NCBI GenBank assembly: GCA_044229845.1
Contig: JBGASG010000002.1
Location: forward strand, 320,001 to 384,000
Direction: 5' to 3'
Length of the DNA stretch: 64,000 nt
DNA from: Candidatus Obscuribacteraceae bacterium
Lineage (GTDB): Bacteria; Cyanobacteriota; Vampirovibrionia; Obscuribacterales; Obscuribacteraceae
Shown here: positions 55,858 through 64,000 of the stretch, in pieces
How the letters are laid out: every line of letters begins with the position of its first letter
How positions within the stretch are numbered: position 1 is the stretch's first letter
Notes under the pieces: generated by a model
What the model was told of the DNA's origin: nothing
Database searches by the model: none
Seen by the model: the letters and a program-made list of their open reading frames with translations, nothing else
Translations under genes and position numbers: made by a program

Positions 55858-55986
55858 AATAGATATCACTTCCGGATATCAAGGATGCCGAATCGCAAGT
55901 GATATCGCTTGCGATTTTCGTGACGACGCAGAACGATATCACTTCATGATTCCACGAGCGCCATCACTCAAGTGATATCTCTTGAG
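55858..55986. repeat. Cluster of 4 palindromes plus one extra GATATC (family locus 4)
   Basis: Cores at 55858, 55897 (26-bp AATCGCAAGTGATATCGCTTGCGATT), 55931 and 55970 (CTCAAGTGATATCTCTTGAG). Confidence 0.9.
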
Positions 55987-56399
55987 CATTTACGGGTGGA
56001 GTGTGCTCGTTTTCGTTGGGGCTGTCAGGCTGACGTAAGGTTTGCCGTAAGCCTCGTGTCAGGTTCGAGCGGTACATACATAGTTGACGACACAGAGCCC
56101 ATAAAATTTCTGCGGCTCACGTGAATCGTCGCGGCTTGACACTGCTATTGGTGCTCCGAAAAGTGCTTCTGCGGCTGCCTGAGCCCATCTTCACGCATGC
56201 TTCACGCGCATCACCGGTGGGTTGATTCGCAGAAACAAGTGAAGTAGGATCAAAAAAAGCCGGCATGCAATGAACGTTTGCCGAACACAAATCGATCACA
56301 AACGCGGCTACTCAAGAGCGTTTCAATTAGGCACCATATTTGGTGCCACGCATCAGAGGCAGTAACAGACGGTGCACAGTGACACCGTTGGAGGATCAA

Positions 56400-56675
56400 A
56401 TGACCAATCAAAAACGTAATCGCGGATTTGCAGCGATGAGTGAAGAAGAGCAACGCGCAATCGCTCGCAAAGGCGGAAAGGCCGCTCACGCAAAAGGTAC
56501 AGCAAACGAATTTGACTCCCAGAGCGCCGCGGAGGCAGGGCGCAAAGGCGGCAAGGCCGTGAGCCAGAATCGGCAGCACATGAGCGAGATCGGCAAGAAG
56601 GGCGGACTGGCCCGAGCAAAGAGCAAACTCAAGTCCGAGCAAGGCACTCAAGAACTAGAACTTTCTGCTAGTTAA
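56400..56675 (+). CDS. KGG-repeat general stress protein (YciG/GsiB-like)
   Basis: RGFAAM..IARKGG, EAGRKGG, HMSEIGKKGG; GGAGG RBS. Confidence 0.9.
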   Translation: MTNQKRNRGFAAMSEEEQRAIARKGGKAAHAKGTANEFDSQSAAEAGRKGGKAVSQNRQHMSEIGKKGGLARAKSKLKSEQGTQELELSAS

Positions 56676-56743
56676 GTCTTGAACTAAGACTTCGGCTAAG
56701 TTTTTGGCTAAGTTTTTGGCTGAGTCTTCGGCTAGGTCTTAGG
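56672..56743. repeat. 12-bp degenerate tandem repeat x6 spanning two convergent stop codons
   Basis: TTAAGTCTTGAA / CTAAGACTTCGG / CTAAGTTTTTGG x2 / CTGAGTCTTCGG / CTAGGTCTTAGG. Confidence 0.8.
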
Positions 56744-58654
56744 CACCAGGCAGAGCATTCCCAATGGCGGCAGCGTCAGGGTTAATGACTGCTGACGCCC
56801 GTGAATGGGCATCGGATTGGTGTGGACTACGCCCATATTGCCGACGCCGCTGCCACCATAGTCTATGGCATCGGAGTTCAACACTTCCTGCCACTCGCCG
56901 TGACGCGGAACACCAATCATATAATTGAACCTGGGCAATGGTGTGAAGTTTGCCACCACTACCATCGGATTACCGTGGGCGTCCATGCGCAGATAGGTGA
57001 GGACTGACTGCTCCCAATCATTGCAGTCGACCCATTCGAAGCCCGCTCCACGACAGTCCTGCTCATGCAAGCAACCGTGGTCTCGATATAGCTTGTTCAG
57101 GTCGGCTACGAATTTTTTCACGCCTTCGTGGTTGTAGTAGTTGAGCAAATGCCAATCAAGCGAAGTTTCGAAATACCATTCGTTGAATTGCGCAAACTCG
57201 CCGCCCATGAACATCAGTTTCTTCCCTGGAACAGTCCACATATAGCCATAGAGCAGGCGCAGGTTGGCGAACTTTTGCCAGTAGTCACCGGGCATCTTGT
57301 TGAGCAACGACTTCTTGCCATATACGACTTCGTCGTGGGAAAGGGGCAGCACAAAATTCTCTGACGACCAATAGAGGCTGCGGAAAGTCAGGTTATTGTG
57401 GTGGTACTTGCGATGCACCGGATCGCGCTCAAAGAACTTCAGCGTGTCGTGCATCCAGCCCATGTCCCACTTGAAGCCGAAACCCAATCCGCCGACGTAA
57501 GTAGGTCTGGAGACCTGCGGCCAGGCGGTGGATTCTTCCGCGATCATGAGCGTGGCAGGAAACTCGGAGTGGACGGTTTCGTTCAGTTTCTTCATGAACG
57601 AGATCGCTTCCAGGTTCTCATTGCCGCCGTAATCGTTGGCGATCCACTCACCGCTCTTGCGCCCGTAGTCGCGATAGAGCATCGAAGCCACGGCATCGAC
57701 GCGCAAGCCGTCGATGTGAAACTTGTCCAGCCAGAAAAGCGCGTTGCTGAGCAGGAAGTTGGACACTTCGTAGCGTCCATAGTTGAACACATACGTGCCC
57801 CACTCCTTGTGTTCGCCGATCCGCCAGTCCTCGTGCTCGTACAAATGTGTGCCGTCGAAGAGCCCGAGTCCGTGCCCGTCTTTGGGGAAATGCGACGGCA
57901 CCCAATCAAGGATGACACCGATGTTGCCTTGATGCAGTTTGTCGATCAGATACATGAAGTCTTCCGGCGTGCCGAAACGGCTGGACGCCGCATAGAAACC
58001 CACCGGCTGATAGCCCCAGCTGGAATCTAATGGATGTTCCGAGACCGGCAAAAACTCGACATGCGTGAAGCCCATCTCGCTCACGTACTTGGTCAGTTTG
58101 TCAGCCAACTCTTTGTACGTGAGCCAGCGATTTTCTTCCTCGGGAACCCGCATCCATGAACCCAGATGCACTTCGTAAATCGAAATCGGTGACTCCAGAG
58201 GCGGCGTTGCACCGCGCGTCTTCAGCCACTTCTCATCGTTCCACTTATATTGATCGAGATCGAAAACAATCGAAGCTGTCTTCGGGCGCACCTCGGCATA
58301 GAATCCAACCGGGTCGGATTTTTGTTCCGCGCCGCCACCTGACTGCTCGACGTTGTATTTGTACGCCGCACCACTTTTGACACCGGGGACGAAACCAGCC
58401 CAGACGCCCGACTGAGCGATGGTTTGCAAGGGTGTTGCGTTCGCATCCCACTTGTTGAAATCACCGACCACCGTCACACGCTTGGCGTTCGGCGCCCAGA
58501 CCGCGAAGTGCGTTCCTTCCTTGCCGTCCGCACCATCTTTGATTACGTGAGCACCAAGCTTGTCGTAAACCTTCTGGTGCGTTCCCTCGTTAAACAGATG
58601 CAGGTCGTAGTCAGTGATGAAGGGCACCGCTGACTGTTGAGCCTTCGACGTCAT
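56732..58654 (-). CDS. glgB: 1,4-alpha-glucan branching enzyme
   Basis: FAVWAPNA, YEVHLGSW, WGYQ, DWVPSHF, DGLRVDAVASM, AEEST, LSHDEVV. Confidence 0.97.
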   Translation of the reverse strand: MTSKAQQSAVPFITDYDLHLFNEGTHQKVYDKLGAHVIKDGADGKEGTHFAVWAPNAKRVTVVGDFNKWDANATPLQTIAQSGVWAGFVPGVKSGAAYKYNVEQSGGGAEQKSDPVGFYAEVRPKTASIVFDLDQYKWNDEKWLKTRGATPPLESPISIYEVHLGSWMRVPEEENRWLTYKELADKLTKYVSEMGFTHVEFLPVSEHPLDSSWGYQPVGFYAASSRFGTPEDFMYLIDKLHQGNIGVILDWVPSHFPKDGHGLGLFDGTHLYEHEDWRIGEHKEWGTYVFNYGRYEVSNFLLSNALFWLDKFHIDGLRVDAVASMLYRDYGRKSGEWIANDYGGNENLEAISFMKKLNETVHSEFPATLMIAEESTAWPQVSRPTYVGGLGFGFKWDMGWMHDTLKFFERDPVHRKYHHNNLTFRSLYWSSENFVLPLSHDEVVYGKKSLLNKMPGDYWQKFANLRLLYGYMWTVPGKKLMFMGGEFAQFNEWYFETSLDWHLLNYYNHEGVKKFVADLNKLYRDHGCLHEQDCRGAGFEWVDCNDWEQSVLTYLRMDAHGNPMVVVANFTPLPRFNYMIGVPRHGEWQEVLNSDAIDYGGSGVGNMGVVHTNPMPIHGRQQSLTLTLPPLGMLCLVPKT

Positions 58655-58657
58655 TTT

Positions 58658-62158
<3,501 letters not shown>

Positions 62159-62170
62159 GCTGCTTGCGCT

Positions 62171-64000
62171 CTACATGAAGTAATCGAAATTGTGTTCCGT
62201 TCGCAAGCGCTGCCGTACTCTAAAGATAAAAGCCGGGCTGACGTGCGGATTGAGCTCGATGTAGTTACGCGGACCGTTCCACTGAAACTTTCGCTCAGTT
62301 AGGAGATCGTGGACTTGATACCGATGTTCCAATCCAAATTGCTCAAGCGGAATATACAGATATCCAGCTTGGGTGTAGTTGGGATCGCAGTTGACCACAA
62401 TGATTAAGAGCTCGTCGTTATAAGGCGACTGGCGGGCATAGGCGATGATGTTCTCATTGTCGGTTTCGAGAAACTGCAAGTTGTGGTTAAACTGCAACGC
62501 GCTGGAATCGCGACGAATGCGATTGACGCGCGTGATGAAATGACTGATGGAGCCCTCGGCTTCCAGATTCCAGCGGCGCACCTCATACTTCTCGCTGTTT
62601 CGATACTCTTCGGTGCCCGGCATGGCATTGGCTACACAAAGTTCAAACGGCGGTCCGTAAACTCCATACGAGGCCGAGAGCGTAGCAGCCAGCACGAGCC
62701 GATTCATAAACGCCGGCTTGCCACCAACCTGCAAATATTCCGACAGAATGTCGGGCGTGTTGACAAAGAAATTTGGACGCAGGTATTCGGATACTTCGGT
62801 GCGGGTCAGCTCCAGCAGATAGTCTTCGATCTCGCGCTTGGAATTGCGCCACGTGAAGTAGGTGTATGACTGGGAGAAACCTACTTTCGCCAGATAGCGC
62901 ATCACCTTCGGGCGAGCGAAGGCTTCGGCCAGGAAGATGACACCAGGGTCGGTGCGCTTCACTTCGCGAATCAGATATTCCCAGAAACGATACGGCTTGG
63001 TGTGCGGGTTGTCGACACGGAAAATTTTGACGCCGTGTTCGACCCAGAAGAGCACCACATCTTTGAGTTCTTGCCAGAGAGCGCGCCAGTCGGCGCAATC
63101 GAAGGCGATCGGATAGATGTCTTCGTACTTCTTAGGTGGGTTTTCCGCGTACTTAATCGAGTTATCGGCGCGGCGGTAGAACCAATCGGGATGCTCCTTC
63201 ACCCACGGGTGATCAGGTGAGCATTGGAACGCCAGGTCGAGGGCGATCAAAATTTCGCGCTTGCGGGCTTCTTCGACCAGCTTATCGAAATCAGCCATGG
63301 TCCCCAGCTCGGGATGCACAGTCATGTGCCCGCCGGCTTCGCTGCCGATCGCCCAGGGGCTGCCGGGATCGTTATCCGATGCCAGAAGCGTATTGTTTGG
63401 CCCCTTGCGATTGGTGATACCGATCGGGTGAATGGGCGGCATGTAGAGCACGTCGAAACCCATGCCCCGAATGTACGGGAGCACGTGAATCACATCTTTG
63501 AGCGTGCCGTGCTTGTTCTCTTTGCCGGTGAAAAGCGAACGAGGAAACAACTCGTACCAGGTGCTGAACAGGGCGTAATGCGGTTCCACAGAAACAGAAA
63601 GATTCTTGCCGTAGTCGCAAACTTCACCACGCGGTGCGTAAGTGAACATCAAATGCTCGATACGTGCATCGGTCAAAAGCGGCGCCATTACTCCGCTTTT
63701 CAGCATGCTGATGAAACGGCCGATTTCTTCCTTTTCTTCGCCCTTTGCCTTGCCGTGCGCTGCCTCTAAGAGCAAAACGCCCTCGGCGATTTCTAGCTCG
63801 ATTTCCTGTCCTGCCTGCAGTTTGCGGGACGTATCGCGCCGCCAGTTGGCGAATTTGTCAATCCAGCCTCTAAATGTGTATTCATAGTGACCGAGTTCCA
63901 GAACATCAAACTGCCCGGCAAAACGATCGGGCTCGACCGTGGGCAAAAGACGCCTCTCCGCCCACTGCGCAGTGCCGTGCTTGCGAAACAGGACCGCGCT
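62171..64000 (-). CDS. glgE: Alpha-1,4-glucan:maltose-1-phosphate maltosyltransferase (5'-truncated)
   Basis: WYELFPRS, PPIHPIG, ENPPKKYEDI, FRVDNPHTKP, LAEAF, SQSYTYFTWRN, NTPDIL; frame is open to the window end. Confidence 0.95.
   Translation of the reverse strand, partial: SAVLFRKHGTAQWAERRLLPTVEPDRFAGQFDVLELGHYEYTFRGWIDKFANWRRDTSRKLQAGQEIELEIAEGVLLLEAAHGKAKGEEKEEIGRFISMLKSGVMAPLLTDARIEHLMFTYAPRGEVCDYGKNLSVSVEPHYALFSTWYELFPRSLFTGKENKHGTLKDVIHVLPYIRGMGFDVLYMPPIHPIGITNRKGPNNTLLASDNDPGSPWAIGSEAGGHMTVHPELGTMADFDKLVEEARKREILIALDLAFQCSPDHPWVKEHPDWFYRRADNSIKYAENPPKKYEDIYPIAFDCADWRALWQELKDVVLFWVEHGVKIFRVDNPHTKPYRFWEYLIREVKRTDPGVIFLAEAFARPKVMRYLAKVGFSQSYTYFTWRNSKREIEDYLLELTRTEVSEYLRPNFFVNTPDILSEYLQVGGKPAFMNRLVLAATLSASYGVYGPPFELCVANAMPGTEEYRNSEKYEVRRWNLEAEGSISHFITRVNRIRRDSSALQFNHNLQFLETDNENIIAYARQSPYNDELLIIVVNCDPNYTQAGYLYIPLEQFGLEHRYQVHDLLTERKFQWNGPRNYIELNPHVSPAFIFRVRQRLRTEHNFDYFM

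Noticed and set aside
55858..55986. Palindrome clusters as a CRISPR array
   Set aside because: The shared core is only 14 bp, the period is 27-39 bp, and no cas genes are present.
55990..56399. Long intergenic region as an ncRNA or riboswitch
   Set aside because: Only a small hairpin near the KGG RBS; no recognisable family motif. An Rfam/Infernal search would be needed.

Overview
Bacterial chromosomal window of moderately high GC. The gene repertoire (secreted caspase-TPR proteins, Hydrolase_4 paralogues, a giant LysM protein) is suggestive of Melainabacteria/Obscuribacterales, but that is inference only. 1-23 kb: a Pfa/Hgl-like iterative type I PKS/FAS cluster. It has a 2939-aa protein (two FabK-like barrels-KS-AT-ACP-KR-DH) and a frameshifted KS-AT-DH-PPTase gene, flanked by a ceramide-glucosyltransferase-like GT2, a GH3 acyl-adenylate enzyme, a GT4, an MFS exporter, a lipase, and START, LolA-like and TonB-like proteins. 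23-48 kb: a lipase-DUF4384/pseudo-caspase-TPR pair, an intact caspase-TPR, an MFS with an ~800-aa acidic repeat tail, three tandem PAS-only genes, an ABC exporter, a YGQAPPA-repeat protein and a giant LysM protein. 48-52 kb: a complete IS256 (8-bp target-site duplication) splits an unannotated metallothionein-like gene, next to an IS1595-derived, DDE-less protein carrying a DprA-type winged helix. 52-64 kb: ruvC and a glgX/glgB/treS-mak/glgE alpha-glucan cluster. A family of intergenic palindromes (consensus AAGTGATATCACTT, about 10 copies at 4 loci) runs through the right half. I saw no rRNA, tRNA or CRISPR array.
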